Positions 26,947-37,636 of a DNA stretch of 64,000 bases are shown one piece after another. The notes under the pieces were generated by a model, which worked only from the letters and a program-made list of their open reading frames with translations, searched no databases and was not told where the DNA came from. This stretch comes from an uncultured delta proteobacterium (GTDB lineage: Bacteria; Desulfobacterota; RBG-13-43-22), in the NCBI GenBank assembly GCA_963843145.1, contig CAWJJC010000020.1, positions 32,001 through 96,000 on the forward strand, written 5' to 3'. The translations under genes and the position numbers were made by a program. Within the stretch, counting starts at the first letter, position 1. The number at the start of each line of letters is the position of its first letter.

Positions 26947-29253
26947 ATGAAAACCCGCTATAAGGTTGTCATACAGGGTATCGTCCAAGGCGTAGGTTTT
27001 CGACCCTTCGTCTACCAGCAGGCCCTGGCCCGCCGCCTGACCGGGTACGTGTCCAATACTTCCCACGGGGTGGATCTGGAGGTGGAAGGAGAAGGACCGG
27101 ACTTGGATGATTTTATCCGGACTCTCCGGCAGGACCCTCCCCCCTTGTCCCGCATTACTTCCCTGGAGTTTCAGCCCCTCCCAGCGCAAGGGGATTCGGG
27201 ATTCACTATCCGGATGAGTCAGGCCCAGGAGACCCGCTCGGCCCTGATCTCCCCGGACGTGGCTGTTTGTCCCGACTGCCTGAGGGAGATGCGAGACCCC
27301 CGGGACCGCCGCTATCGCTACCCCTTCATCAACTGCACCAACTGCGGGCCCCGCTACACCATTATCAAAGATATCCCCTACGACCGGGCCAAGACCACCA
27401 TGGCGGCCTTCACCCTGTGTCCGGAATGCTCCTCCGAGTACCATGATCCCCTGAACCGGCGTTTTCACGCCCAGCCCAATGCCTGCTGGACCTGCGGACC
27501 CCGGGTGCGTCTTCTGGACGGAATGGGCCAGATCATCGAAGGTCAAGATCCCATCGCCGAAACCGCCCGGCTGCTGCGAGAGGGTTGGATCGTGGCCATC
27601 AAAGGCCTGGGAGGGTTTCACCTGGCCGTGGACGCCGTTCAGGAAGAAGCGGTCAGGCGCCTGCGGGCGCGTAAGCACCGGGAGGAGAAACCCCTGGCCC
27701 TGATGAGCCCGGATTTGGACCGGATTAGAGCATTCGCCCGGATTGAAGCGGAAGAGGCGGCCGTGCTGCTCTCCAGGGAACGGCCCATTATCCTCCTCCA
27801 GCAAAATGACCCCAGCCCTATCGCCTCCGCGGTGGCCCCGGGCAATCAGTATTACGGTGTCATGTTGCCCTACGCCCCGCTCCATTATTTGCTGCTGGAT
27901 CACGGATTTCTGGCCCTGGTCATGACCAGCGGCAACCTGTCCGAGGAACCCATCTGCATCGACAATGAAGAGGCCTTCCTCCGGCTCAAGGGGATCGCCG
28001 ATTATTTCCTGGTACACAACCGCGACATTCACCTGCGCAGCGACGACTCCATTGTTCGACAGGTTTCCGGATCGCTGCGCCAACTGCGCCGCTCCCGGGG
28101 CTTCGTTCCCGTGCCCGTCTTCCTGGCGGAACCGCTGGCGCCCGTTTTGGCCTGTGGGGCCGAATTAAAAAACACCGTCTGTCTGACCAAAGATAACCGG
28201 GCCTTTATCAGCCAGCATGTGGGGGACCTGGAGAACCTGGAAACGCTGCATTTTTTCAAGCAGACCATTGAGCATCTCAAACAGATCCTGCAGATCGAAC
28301 CGGAAATTATCGCCTATGACCTCCACCCGGATTACCTCAGCACCCGGTTTGCCCTGGAACAGGAAGGGGTTGAATTAATCGGGGTGCAGCATCATTTCGC
28401 GCATCTGGTGGGCTGTCTGGCCGAACACGGCCTGAATGAAAAGGTGATTGGCTTGATGCTGGACGGCAGCGGGTACGGGCTGGACGGACGGATCTGGGGG
28501 GGCGAGGTCCTGGTGGGCGATTGCGGGTCCTTTGAACGATGCGGTCACTTCGCCTACCTGCCCCTCCCCGGGGGGGCCAGGGCCATCCGGGAACCCTGGC
28601 GCATGGCCGTCAGCTACCTTTACCAGGCCTATGGAGAAGGCCTCTGGGATCTTTCCCTGCCCCTGCTGGAACGAATCGACCGCGCCAAAACCGAGATCTT
28701 GGTACGGATGATCCAAAAGGGGATCAACAGCCCAATGACCTCAAGCTGCGGGCGGCTTTTTGACGGGGTGGCCGCCATCATCGGCTTGCGGGATACCGTG
28801 GCCTTTGAAGGGCAGGCAGCCATGGAACTGGAGATGACTCAAAGCCGAGAAAACGAAGGCTCCTATGATTTCGAGATATTGAAATCAGAGGAAACCATCC
28901 AGATCCTTCCCCAATCCATCATCCGGAGCGTGGTGGACGATGTCCGCCAGGGCGCATCCCAGGAACAAATCAGCCGGCGTTTCCACCGGACGCTGGTGGA
29001 AGTCCTGACCCGGGTTTGCCGAATCCTACGAGAAGAGCGGGGCCTTGAAAAAGTAGCCCTAGGCGGAGGGGTCTTCCAAAATCGAACGCTCCTGACAGAG
29101 ATGGAGGCCCGTCTGTCTGCGGAGGGCTTCCGGGTCTACAGCAAATCCCTGATTCCTTCCAACGACGGAGGAATATCTCTGGGCCAGGCGGTGGCCGCCC
29201 ACTATATGCGGCAAAAAATGAAAGAAAGGACCAAACGTCAATGCCGTTTCTGA
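26947..29253 (+). CDS. hypF: Carbamoyltransferase HypF
   Basis: GIVQGVGFRPF, CPDC/CTNCGPR zinc fingers, KGLGGFHL, DLHPDY, QHH.AH, NDGGISLGQ. Confidence 0.97.
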   Translation: MKTRYKVVIQGIVQGVGFRPFVYQQALARRLTGYVSNTSHGVDLEVEGEGPDLDDFIRTLRQDPPPLSRITSLEFQPLPAQGDSGFTIRMSQAQETRSALISPDVAVCPDCLREMRDPRDRRYRYPFINCTNCGPRYTIIKDIPYDRAKTTMAAFTLCPECSSEYHDPLNRRFHAQPNACWTCGPRVRLLDGMGQIIEGQDPIAETARLLREGWIVAIKGLGGFHLAVDAVQEEAVRRLRARKHREEKPLALMSPDLDRIRAFARIEAEEAAVLLSRERPIILLQQNDPSPIASAVAPGNQYYGVMLPYAPLHYLLLDHGFLALVMTSGNLSEEPICIDNEEAFLRLKGIADYFLVHNRDIHLRSDDSIVRQVSGSLRQLRRSRGFVPVPVFLAEPLAPVLACGAELKNTVCLTKDNRAFISQHVGDLENLETLHFFKQTIEHLKQILQIEPEIIAYDLHPDYLSTRFALEQEGVELIGVQHHFAHLVGCLAEHGLNEKVIGLMLDGSGYGLDGRIWGGEVLVGDCGSFERCGHFAYLPLPGGARAIREPWRMAVSYLYQAYGEGLWDLSLPLLERIDRAKTEILVRMIQKGINSPMTSSCGRLFDGVAAIIGLRDTVAFEGQAAMELEMTQSRENEGSYDFEILKSEETIQILPQSIIRSVVDDVRQGASQEQISRRFHRTLVEVLTRVCRILREERGLEKVALGGGVFQNRTLLTEMEARLSAEGFRVYSKSLIPSNDGGISLGQAVAAHYMRQKMKERTKRQCRF

Positions 29254-30068
29254 AAGCCAACGGGATTACTATCCACTACGAAATCCACGGCCGGGGGAAT
29301 CCCCTGCTCCTGATCATGGGACTGCGCCGGAACGCCGAATGGTGGTATCGGCAGATTCCGGAACTTTCCCGCCATTTCCGGGTGATCGCCTTTGACAACC
29401 GGGGGGCCGGGCGAACCGACCAGCCCGCCAGGGAATATTCCATTCGCCTCTTTGCCGAAGACACGGCGGCCCTTTTGGACGGTCTGGGGATTCCCCGGGC
29501 ACATATCCTGGGAATTTCCATGGGCGGATACATCGCCCAGGAACTGGCCATCAACTTTCCGGAGAAGGTACACCGGCTGGTGTTGGGCTGCACCGGCTGC
29601 GGAGGCCGACGGGCGGTCCGGATGAGCCCGGAACGAATGGCTAAGTTCACGGCGGTTGAGGGGCTCACCCCGGAGCAAATTCTGCACAAGGACCTGGATA
29701 TCTATTTCTCGGAACGGTTTATTCGGGAAAATCCGGCCAGGATCGAGGAGTTCATCACCATTTCGCTTCGCGACTACCAGCCGGCCGCCGCCTTTCAACG
29801 GCAGTTCGCCGCCTGCCAGGCCCACGATACCGGGGATCGTCTGGATCGTCTGACCGCTCCTACCCTGATCATGACCGGCGACGACGATCCCCTGGTGCCT
29901 CCCCAGAATTCCCGCATTCTTCAGGAGCTGATCCCCCACGCGGAACTGGCTCTTTTCCCAGGCCTCCGGCACTGCTTCTTCATGGAAGCCGACCGAGAAT
30001 TTAATCGCCGGGCGGTAGAATTTCTAGGAAGATTGAACAGATCGACTTTTGGAGAATCTATCATTTAA
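29241..30068 (+). CDS. Alpha/beta hydrolase
   Basis: FDNRGAG, GISMGG nucleophile elbow, GDDDPL, H.FFME. Confidence 0.92.
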   Translation: MPFLKANGITIHYEIHGRGNPLLLIMGLRRNAEWWYRQIPELSRHFRVIAFDNRGAGRTDQPAREYSIRLFAEDTAALLDGLGIPRAHILGISMGGYIAQELAINFPEKVHRLVLGCTGCGGRRAVRMSPERMAKFTAVEGLTPEQILHKDLDIYFSERFIRENPARIEEFITISLRDYQPAAAFQRQFAACQAHDTGDRLDRLTAPTLIMTGDDDPLVPPQNSRILQELIPHAELALFPGLRHCFFMEADREFNRRAVEFLGRLNRSTFGESII

Positions 30069-30123
30069 AGAAGAGTTTTACCCTGGAAATACCCTAAGAA
30101 AGGCCCGCGGGAAGGGAAGATGT

Positions 30124-30171
30124 TTCAAAACACGAAGGGCACCCGGATAGCGGGGCCCTTCGTGTTTTGAA
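30124..30171. terminator. Bidirectional hairpin terminator
   Basis: ttcaaaacacgaagggc...gcccttcgtgttttgaa between convergent genes. Confidence 0.75.
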
Positions 30172-30188
30172 GCTTTGAACCCGGAGAG

Positions 30189-30504
30189 TTATTTTTTCTT
30201 TTCTTTCCCTTCCTCTTTCTTTTTGGGCTCATCCTTCTTCTTGGCCTCGCCCTTGACCTCGACCTCGGTGGCTTTCATCGTAGTACTGGATGGTCACCTT
30301 CGAACCGACTTTCAGGTCTCCTTGTACTTTGGTGTCCTTATCCCTGGCCAGTTCCCACTTGTCACTGCCCTTCTGCACAACGATCAGGTCGCCCTTCACT
30401 TCCAGTACCGGTCCGGTTACCTGGTAGGTCTTTGGCCCTGCGGCCAGGGCCAAAGAGGAAAATAGAAAGAACACCCCCGCCAAAACAAAGATCATCCGTT
30501 TCAT
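30189..30504 (-). CDS. Small exported protein with Lys-rich tail; +1 frameshift near 30285
   Basis: Signal peptide, TYQVTGPVLE...DLKVGSKVTIQY; shifted frame continues TMKATEVEVKGEAKKKDEPKKKEEGKEKKK*. Confidence 0.7.
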
Positions 30505-30633
30505 ACCGCTTCCTCCTTTTCTGATTTTTTCCGGCTAATGGTAGATAAGAGGGTACTGGGTGTCAATAAAAATTGAATCTAAAAAACGCCGGGCCCCGCT
30601 GTTCCCCAAAGGCCCGGCCTTTTCCTTTCCAGC

Positions 30634-32809
30634 TCAAAGGGTTTTGACAGCCGCCCGGAGAGCCTCCGGGGTTAGCGGCAAGCTCCTCATCCGAATTCCG
30701 GAGGCGGCGAAAACCCCGTTGGCCACGGCCGGTGCGATGGGCGGCAGGCCCGGTTCCCCGACCCCCCCCGGCTTCTTCATCCCCTTGACGAGATGGACTT
30801 CGATCTCCGGAATTTCGCTGAAGCGAAGCAGCGGGTAATCGGAAAAATTGGCCGACTTCACGCCGCCTTTCTCAAAAACCACTTGCTCTTTAAGGGCGGC
30901 GCTCAATCCCATGATGATTCCGCCTTCCATCTGCGCTCTGACGGTGTCCGGATTGATGACCGGTCCGCAGTCAATCGCGCAAACCACCCGGTGCACCCGG
31001 ACAGTACCCTTCTCTTTGTCGACCGAGACCTCGGCCACTTGGGCCACATGGCTGCCAAAGCAGGAGTGGCAGGCGAGACCGCGGGCCTGGCCAATCTTCA
31101 AGGGCTTGCTCCAGCCCGCTTTCTCCGCGGCCATTACCAGAACCCGCCGGAGCTCGGACGATGGGGCCATATGTTCCAGACGAAAATCCAGCGGATCCTT
31201 TCCGGCCGCCAGGGCCAGCTCATCCAGGAAGCATTCCACAGTAAAGGCGTTATGCGTACTCCCGACGGATCGCCAGAAGCCCACCGGGATGGGGAGGTCC
31301 AGGCGGACATATTCCACCCGGAGGTTGGGGACCTGGTAGGGCAGATCAGTGATCCCTTCCACGGCGGCCGGATCGATCCCATTTTGCATCATCTTAGGAA
31401 ATACCCTGGCAAAAATGGAAGGGACGACCACCCGGTGGGACCAGGCTATGATTTTGCCTTGGGCGTCCAGGGCCCCAGCGATTCGACAGCAGTTCCCCGG
31501 GCGAAAAAAATCATAGTGGATATCCTCTTCCCGGGTCCAGATCACTTTCACGGGTTTACCGATCGCCTTGGAGATCGCCACCGCCTCCTCAACCGTATCC
31601 ACCTCGGCCCGCCGGCCGAAGCCGCCGCCCAGATAAGTAGTATGGATATGGACCTTTTTCAGGTCCAGTCCGGAAAGCTTGGCGGCTGTTAATTGGGCGT
31701 TCGTCTGACTCTGGGTGGGCACCCAGACGTCGCAGCGGTCCGGCTGCACCCAGGCGGTGCAGTTCATGGGTTCCATGGTGGCATGGGCGAGATAGGGCAG
31801 CCGATATACGGAATCAACTTTTTTCACTGCCGAAGCCAGGGCTTTTTCGGCGTCCCCGTCATCGCGGGCGACCACTCCGGTCTTTTCTAAGTGGCCCAGC
31901 AGGGCCTTTTCGACAAAGGCATTGTCCAGGTCCGGTTGGGCGCCGCGGTCCCATTCTATTTTCAGGGCAGCCCGGCCGCGACGAGCCGCTTCAAAACTCC
32001 CGGCGCAGACCGCCACCCCGCGACCGATCCGGACGACCTGCTCCACCCCCTTGATTTTCTTGGCGGCGTCGGAATCAAAGGATTTGGCTTGAGCCCCGAA
32101 AATGGGCGCTCGGGCGACGGCCGCATAGCGCATATCGGGGACGAACGTATCGATGCCGAACCGGGCCTTTCCGCTTATTTTATCAGGCAGGTCAAGCCGC
32201 GGGAGCGGTTGCCCGATAAATCGAAGTTGGGAGGGTTCTTTCAAAGGGGGATCTTTCGGCAGGGGCATTTTAGAGGCCGCCGCCGCCAGTTTCCCGTAAG
32301 AGGCTGACCGGCCGCTTCCGGGATGCCGGACGGCGCCCTTTTCAGCCAGGCATTCCGCCGGGGGAACCCCCCAGGACTGGGCGGCGGCCTGGATCAGCAT
32401 CGCCCGCCCGGCGGCCCCGGCCTTACGCAACAGATCGTGAAAATGCCGGATGCTGGTGCTGCCGCCTGTCGCCTGCAGGCCCCAGACCGGGTTCTTGTAT
32501 TCATCGGCTGCCGGGGCCGCCCGGAACCGGACGGTCTTCCAGTCGGCCTCCAGTTCATCGGCGACGATCATCGGAAATGAAGTGTATACTCCCTGGCCCA
32601 TCTCCGACTGAGAGACGGTGATAGTAACGATATCCTCGGGGGTAATACTGATCCAGGCGTTGAAGATCAGGTCCTTCAAGTCGGTTTTCTTTATTTCTTC
32701 CGCGCCGAGTACGCGGAACCCATCCGAGCGTATAGGCCAGGATCAGGGTCAGCCCGGATCCGGCCAGGAGCCCTTTCATGAAATTGCGTCGGGAGAGTTG
32801 TTTTTTCAT
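30634..32809 (-). CDS. Xanthine dehydrogenase-family molybdopterin subunit (IorB-like), Tat signal; +1 frameshift near 32728
   Basis: SRRNFMK in the 32809 frame; SEMGQG, TGGSTS, HATMEP, LGGGFGRR, WRSVG, QMEGG, GVGEPG in the 32679 frame. Confidence 0.9.
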
Positions 32810-33273
32810 GATTTTCGGCCCTCCTTCTTCATCAATTGTATGGAGGTTTGCAGGGCCTTTTTGATTCGGGGATACGTCCCGCAGCGACAGAGGACCTCGT
32901 CCATGGTCTGGCTAATTTTTCCTTCATCGGGGTTGGGGTCTTCCCGGAGCAGAGCCGCGGCCTGCATCATCTGGCCGGATTGGCAGTAGCCGCACTGGGG
33001 TACCTGTTCCTGGAGCCAGGCCCGCTTCACCGGGTGGCTTTCAGGGAGGCCTTCGATGGTGGTGATGGCCTTCCCCTGGGCCTCCCGGACCGGCAGGAGG
33101 CAGGATTTTTCGGGCTGCCCGTTGATATGCACTGTGCAGGAGCCGCACTCCCCCACGCCGCAGCCGAATTTGGTCCCGGTTAGCTGCAAGTGCTCCCGGA
33201 TCACCCAGAGCAGCGGGGTTTCGGGGGCCACGTCCAGCTTGAAATCCTGTCCGTTGATTCTTAAGGATATCAT
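32806..33273 (-). CDS. (2Fe-2S)-binding subunit (IorA-like)
   Basis: GTKFGCGVGECGSCTV, QCGYCQSG, CRCGTY. Confidence 0.95.
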   Translation of the reverse strand: MISLRINGQDFKLDVAPETPLLWVIREHLQLTGTKFGCGVGECGSCTVHINGQPEKSCLLPVREAQGKAITTIEGLPESHPVKRAWLQEQVPQCGYCQSGQMMQAAALLREDPNPDEGKISQTMDEVLCRCGTYPRIKKALQTSIQLMKKEGRKS

Positions 33274-33541
33274 AGCGCCTCCTTTGGTGAACTTTCTTTC
33301 TATTTTGCCATAGTAGCGAAGCTTTTACAAATTAAACAAAACCATCCCCCGCGGATTAAGCCGGGAGTGCCGGTTAGAAGGGGAAGAGAATAAAGGGAAG
33401 ACCGCCCGTTTTTTTATTGAAACCTAATGATAATAATGGTATCCTGTTTTTTAAGCTAAAAAAGAGTTGTCGGGCAGAGGGGGCAAATTAGTTTACGCCA
33501 TTTTATTAACCGATTTTTAATCTTTAAAAAGGAGGCTAACT

Positions 33542-33712
33542 ATGGCAGTAAAACCGACCAAAGCAGCTAAACCATTTGTGTGGGTCAAAGACAAGAAGGG
33601 CAATCAATTTATTTGCCCGATCGATGCCTTGAAAGATCCCAAGAAGGCAACGCAGAAAGAATTGAAGAGCTGTGTCGATGACGCCAAAATGGGAGTCAAT
33701 ATCGGCGATTAA
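33542..33712 (+). CDS. Small hypothetical protein (56 aa, not in ORF track)
   Basis: RBS aaaggagg; MAVKPTKAAKPFVWVKDKKGNQFICPIDALKDPKKATQKELKSCVDDAKMGVNIGD; followed by a terminator. Confidence 0.8.
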   Translation: MAVKPTKAAKPFVWVKDKKGNQFICPIDALKDPKKATQKELKSCVDDAKMGVNIGD

Positions 33713-33737
33713 TATTTCAACTAGACCTGCAACAGGT

Positions 33738-33777
33738 TAAAGGCCGCCTTCTTTTTGGGTGCGGCCTTTATTTTTTT
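33738..33777 (+). terminator. Intrinsic terminator
   Basis: taaaggccgc...gcggccttta followed by T7. Confidence 0.8.
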
Positions 33778-33887
33778 CCCGGTTGTCAAATCACCGTACC
33801 CGCTTAGTTGCTTACCTATTTTAGCCTGATTTCGAAATTCGGATTTTGGATTTGAACCAAAAATTCGACTATTTCTTGTTCGATCCC

Positions 33888-34399
33888 TCACATGGGCACA
33901 AAGTTATTGGCCTGGAAATAGTCATCCTTGAGTTGGTTCAGTTGCTGCTCGAAGGCCCGGTAGTGCTCCTCCTCCCAATCGGCCAGTTCGTTATAAAACT
34001 GCCGGGCCTCTTCGCCGGAGGCCTCTCGGGCGCACTGGCGGTAAAAATTCACCGCTTCCAGTTCCAGCTTCATGCCGATGCTTAGGACACTGACCTCAAA
34101 GTGGCTGTCCTTAACCCGCTTTTTGATTTCATCGCTGAAAATGGGGTTGCCGGCCGGTTTCTGGTGGGCCAGGCCCAAGTGGGGGAAAAAGAATAATCTC
34201 CCTTTTCCATGACGGATTTATACTGGGTCCGCAGATAATTGAAATGTCCCAGCTCCTCCTCGGCCATCCGGGCCAGGGTTTCCCGCCCCAGGGAATCGGT
34301 AGTATTCTGCGAAGCATTTTTATAAAAATTGTGGCCGAAGATTTCGGCCTCCATGGCGGTCCGAAGACCTTTTAAAATTTCTTCCTGGGAGGTGGTCAT
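33888..34399 (-). CDS. Rubrerythrin/ferritin-like protein, frameshifted near 34185
   Basis: Two halves AMEAE...FY...MAEEELGH and GMKLE..AVNFY...LADWEEEH in different frames; break in a T5C5 run. Confidence 0.8.
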
Positions 34400-34552
34400 A
34401 GGTAAGAGGCTCCTGGCTGAGGTAGAATCATATAACCTAACGTACATTACAACCCAATTCATTTCATTATAAAACATGGAAGTGAAGTTCTCAATGGGCA
34501 CCCCTTTAAAAATGGCGAATTGGGCAAAAATGTTTTATTATATATATCGGCT

Positions 34553-34635
34553 GAGTGGGTGGCCGAAAAATAGGGAAACTTAGGCTGAAATCGAGCCCTT
34601 TCGTCCTCCGACTCGGCAAAAGGATTTTCCACATT
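34553..34635. repeat. Degenerate family C left-end copy
   Basis: gtgggtggccgaaaaatagggaa..ctgaaatcgag..ctcggcaaaaggattttccacatt aligns with 10690-10773. Confidence 0.65.
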
Positions 34636-34657
34636 TCTTGTTAGGATTAAACCAACC

Positions 34658-35461
34658 ATGCGCTATTATCCGGCTTTTCTGGATTTACAAGGTCAGGGCT
34701 GCCTGGTGGTGGGCGGCGGACAGGTGGGAGAGAGGAAGGTAAAGACCCTTATGGAATGCGGCGCTGTGGTCCACCTGGTGAGCCCGGAGCTAACGCCTTT
34801 CCTCGAAGCGGTGGTTCGGCAGGGCCGCGTCCGCTTGCTGGCCCCCGAATTCCTGCCGGAACATCTGGAGGGCATGTTTTTAGTCATCGGGGCCACCGAT
34901 GATCCGGAAGCCAACCAGCGGATCAGCAGAGCAGCCCGGGCCAGGAATCTTTTATGCAATATTGTGGATAAGCCCCGGGAATGCAATTTTATCGTTCCCT
35001 CCCAGGTCCACCGGGGTGACCTGGTCATCGCCGTATCCACCGGCGGGCGCAGCCCGGCCCTGGCTAAAAAAATCCGGCAGGACCTGGAAAATCTGTTTCC
35101 GGATATTTATAGTAGTTATCTGGCCTTGTTGGGCCGGGTGAGGGAATACCTGTTGGCTCAGGGGTTTACCCAGGCCAGGAATCAGCAGATTTTTGAGTCG
35201 CTGATCAAGGCCCCTATCCTGGAATCCTTACAACGGGGCGACCGGGAAGGTCTGACCAACCAATTGATCCACTTGTTGGACCCGCCTCCGCGCCCAAAAG
35301 AGGTGGAAGACTGGCTCCGGGAATTGGACTGTGGTTTGCAGGTCCCCCCAAAGCCCCCGGCGGGCGCCCGCGAAAGATGGATAAAAATACCCGGAAGGGA
35401 TTTTCTTAGGGCCGGGTTCGAACCTGCTCTTTCGAAAAGACAAATAATTAATAATCAATAA
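34658..35461 (+). CDS. Precorrin-2 dehydrogenase / sirohydrochlorin ferrochelatase (CysG-N/SirC)
   Basis: YYPAFLDL, LVVGGGQVGERK, ATDD, NIVD, STGGRSPALAK; C-terminal ~40 aa read into repeat DNA. Confidence 0.92.
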   Translation: MRYYPAFLDLQGQGCLVVGGGQVGERKVKTLMECGAVVHLVSPELTPFLEAVVRQGRVRLLAPEFLPEHLEGMFLVIGATDDPEANQRISRAARARNLLCNIVDKPRECNFIVPSQVHRGDLVIAVSTGGRSPALAKKIRQDLENLFPDIYSSYLALLGRVREYLLAQGFTQARNQQIFESLIKAPILESLQRGDREGLTNQLIHLLDPPPRPKEVEDWLRELDCGLQVPPKPPAGARERWIKIPGRDFLRAGFEPALSKRQIINNQ

Positions 35462-35510
35462 TCAATTTTTAATATTAAATGTTTCGTATTATTTATATCT
35501 AAGAGGAACC

Positions 35511-36341
35511 ATGACCCTATTCCTTTTTCAACTCGCCCTCCTTTTCTACCTCCTGGGAACCGTGGGATATATTGTCTACCTGATCTCCCAGAAGAAGCCT
35601 CTAGCCCATTACGCCTACGGGCTCCTCTGGGCCGGGTTCCTGGCGCATAGCCTGGTCATCGGCGGGCTTTATTACCAGACCGGTTTTTTCCCTGTTCATA
35701 ACCTGAGGGAATCCCTGTCATTTTTTGCCTGGGCGATTATGGGCGCCTATCTGGTCACCCAAATCCGGTTTAATATTCGGGTATTGGGCTCTTTTCTCTC
35801 CCCCCTGGCGGTGGTCATGATGATCAGCTCCTCCTTTTTGCCCCAACCGACCGGGCCGGCTAACCCGCTGTTGCGCAGTTTCTGGTTGGTGCTGCACGTG
35901 TTGACCATCTTTTTGGGCAACGGGATCTTCGCCATCGCCTTCCTGGCCGGAATCATGTATCTGATCCAGGAAAGGCAGATCAAGTCCAAGCAGTTGGGCG
36001 CCCTCTACCACCGTCTCCCCTCGCTGGAAACCCTGGACGGGCTGAATTACCAATGCCTGGTCCTGGGCTTTCCCTTGTTGACCCTGGGGATGCTCAGCGG
36101 ATCTCTGTATGCCCACTACACCCTGGGGGCCTTCTGGCGCTGGGACCCCAAGGAGGTCTGGTCGCTGATCACCTGGCTCTTGTATGCCGCCCTGCTGCAT
36201 GGCCGTCTGGTGGCCGGCTGGCGGGGCCGACGCTCGGCCCTCTTATCTATCGCTTTTTTCCTGGTCCTGATTTTTTCATTCCTGGGGATCAATTTCCTGG
36301 TGAAGGGCTATCACACCTTTTCCGCCTTTCAGAAAGTATAG
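35511..36341 (+). CDS. ccsA: Cytochrome c biogenesis protein CcsA/HemX-like
   Basis: Multiple TMs, WLVLHV, LPSLETLD, WRWDPKEVWSLITW, GWRGRR. Confidence 0.88.
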   Translation: MTLFLFQLALLFYLLGTVGYIVYLISQKKPLAHYAYGLLWAGFLAHSLVIGGLYYQTGFFPVHNLRESLSFFAWAIMGAYLVTQIRFNIRVLGSFLSPLAVVMMISSSFLPQPTGPANPLLRSFWLVLHVLTIFLGNGIFAIAFLAGIMYLIQERQIKSKQLGALYHRLPSLETLDGLNYQCLVLGFPLLTLGMLSGSLYAHYTLGAFWRWDPKEVWSLITWLLYAALLHGRLVAGWRGRRSALLSIAFFLVLIFSFLGINFLVKGYHTFSAFQKV

Positions 36342-36344
36342 AGG

Positions 36345-37634
36345 ATGGAGATCGGACTGATCGGCCTGAATCATAAAACCGCTCCGGTGGAACTCCGGGA
36401 GCAGCTCTCCTCAACCTGCGTCCAGGGGGGGGTGGGTATGGGGAAAGAGAGCGCTCCGTCGATCGTTAAAGAGGCCCTGACCCTGACCACCTGCAACCGG
36501 GTCGAGATCCTCCTGACCGCTGAAGACCTCGACCGGGCCTTCCAGGAGATCCTCAGAACCTGGGAAGATCCGCCCCACCGGACCGAGGCGGGCTTGAAGC
36601 CCTATATTTATGCCTACCGAGGCGATGAAGCGATTCAACACCTGTTCCGGGTAGCGGCCAGTCTGGATTCCCTGGTCGTGGGGGAACCCCAAATTTTGGG
36701 GCAGCTTAAGACCGCCTACCGGGAAGCGGTGAACAACCGCTCCACCGGCGTGGTCATGAACCGGCTGTTGCACAAGGCCTTTACCGTGGCCAAGCGGATC
36801 AGGACCGAAACCGGCATTGCCGACAACGCCGTTTCCATCAGTTTTGCCGCCGTGGAACTGGCCAAAAAAATCTTTCAGGATTTGGCCGGGAAAAAAGTCC
36901 TACTGGTCGGGGCCGGAGAAATGGCCGAATTGGCGGCCGAACACCTGGTCCATCATAAGGTCCAGGAAATCGTGGTGGCCAACCGGACCCTGGAACGGGC
37001 CATGGATCTGGCCCATCGCTGGCGGGGCCGGGCGGTGTCCCTGCAGGAAGTTCCCCAGGCTCTGAACGGTGCGGACATTGTCATCAGCTCCACCGGGGCC
37101 CCGGACATCCTTATCCGGCAGGATGAAGTCAAGGCCATCATGAAGCAGCGCAAGCAGCGGCCTTTATTTTTCATCGACATTGCCGTGCCCCGGGACATCG
37201 ATCCTCAGGTGAATCAGCTCGATAACGTCTATCTTTATGATATCGACGACCTGCAGGGGGTGGTGGCGCAAAATATCGCCGCCCGCAAAAACGAAGCCGT
37301 TCAAGCCGAGCGGATTGTCCAGGAGGAAGCCGTCAAATTCCGGAACTGGATGAACGGTCTGGAGGTGGTGCCGACGATTATCGCCCTTCGGAATAAGATA
37401 GAGGACATTCGTCAGGGGGAGTTGAAAAAGGCCGGTCCGCTCCTTCAAGCGCTGACCCCGGAGCAGCAAAAGGCCATCGAAGTCATGAGTCAGGCCATGA
37501 TTAATAAAATCCTCCACGACCCGATCACTTATTTGAAGAAGCCCGGGGACCCCTTTCAGGTCAGCAAACAGGCGGACTTGACCCAGAAGATCTTCAACCT
37601 CAACGCCGAAGCGGAAGCAGAGGAAAATTCATAG
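36345..37634 (+). CDS. hemA: Glutamyl-tRNA reductase
   Basis: GLNHKTAPVELRE, TCNRVE, SLDSLVVGEPQILGQ, GAGEM, DIAVPRD. Confidence 0.97.
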   Translation: MEIGLIGLNHKTAPVELREQLSSTCVQGGVGMGKESAPSIVKEALTLTTCNRVEILLTAEDLDRAFQEILRTWEDPPHRTEAGLKPYIYAYRGDEAIQHLFRVAASLDSLVVGEPQILGQLKTAYREAVNNRSTGVVMNRLLHKAFTVAKRIRTETGIADNAVSISFAAVELAKKIFQDLAGKKVLLVGAGEMAELAAEHLVHHKVQEIVVANRTLERAMDLAHRWRGRAVSLQEVPQALNGADIVISSTGAPDILIRQDEVKAIMKQRKQRPLFFIDIAVPRDIDPQVNQLDNVYLYDIDDLQGVVAQNIAARKNEAVQAERIVQEEAVKFRNWMNGLEVVPTIIALRNKIEDIRQGELKKAGPLLQALTPEQQKAIEVMSQAMINKILHDPITYLKKPGDPFQVSKQADLTQKIFNLNAEAEAEENS

Positions 37635-37636
37635 TT

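Noticed and set aside
33310-33540. Moco/Wco riboswitch upstream of the iorAB-like genes
   Set aside because: No recognisable conserved elements; only purine-rich and AT-rich promoter-like sequence.
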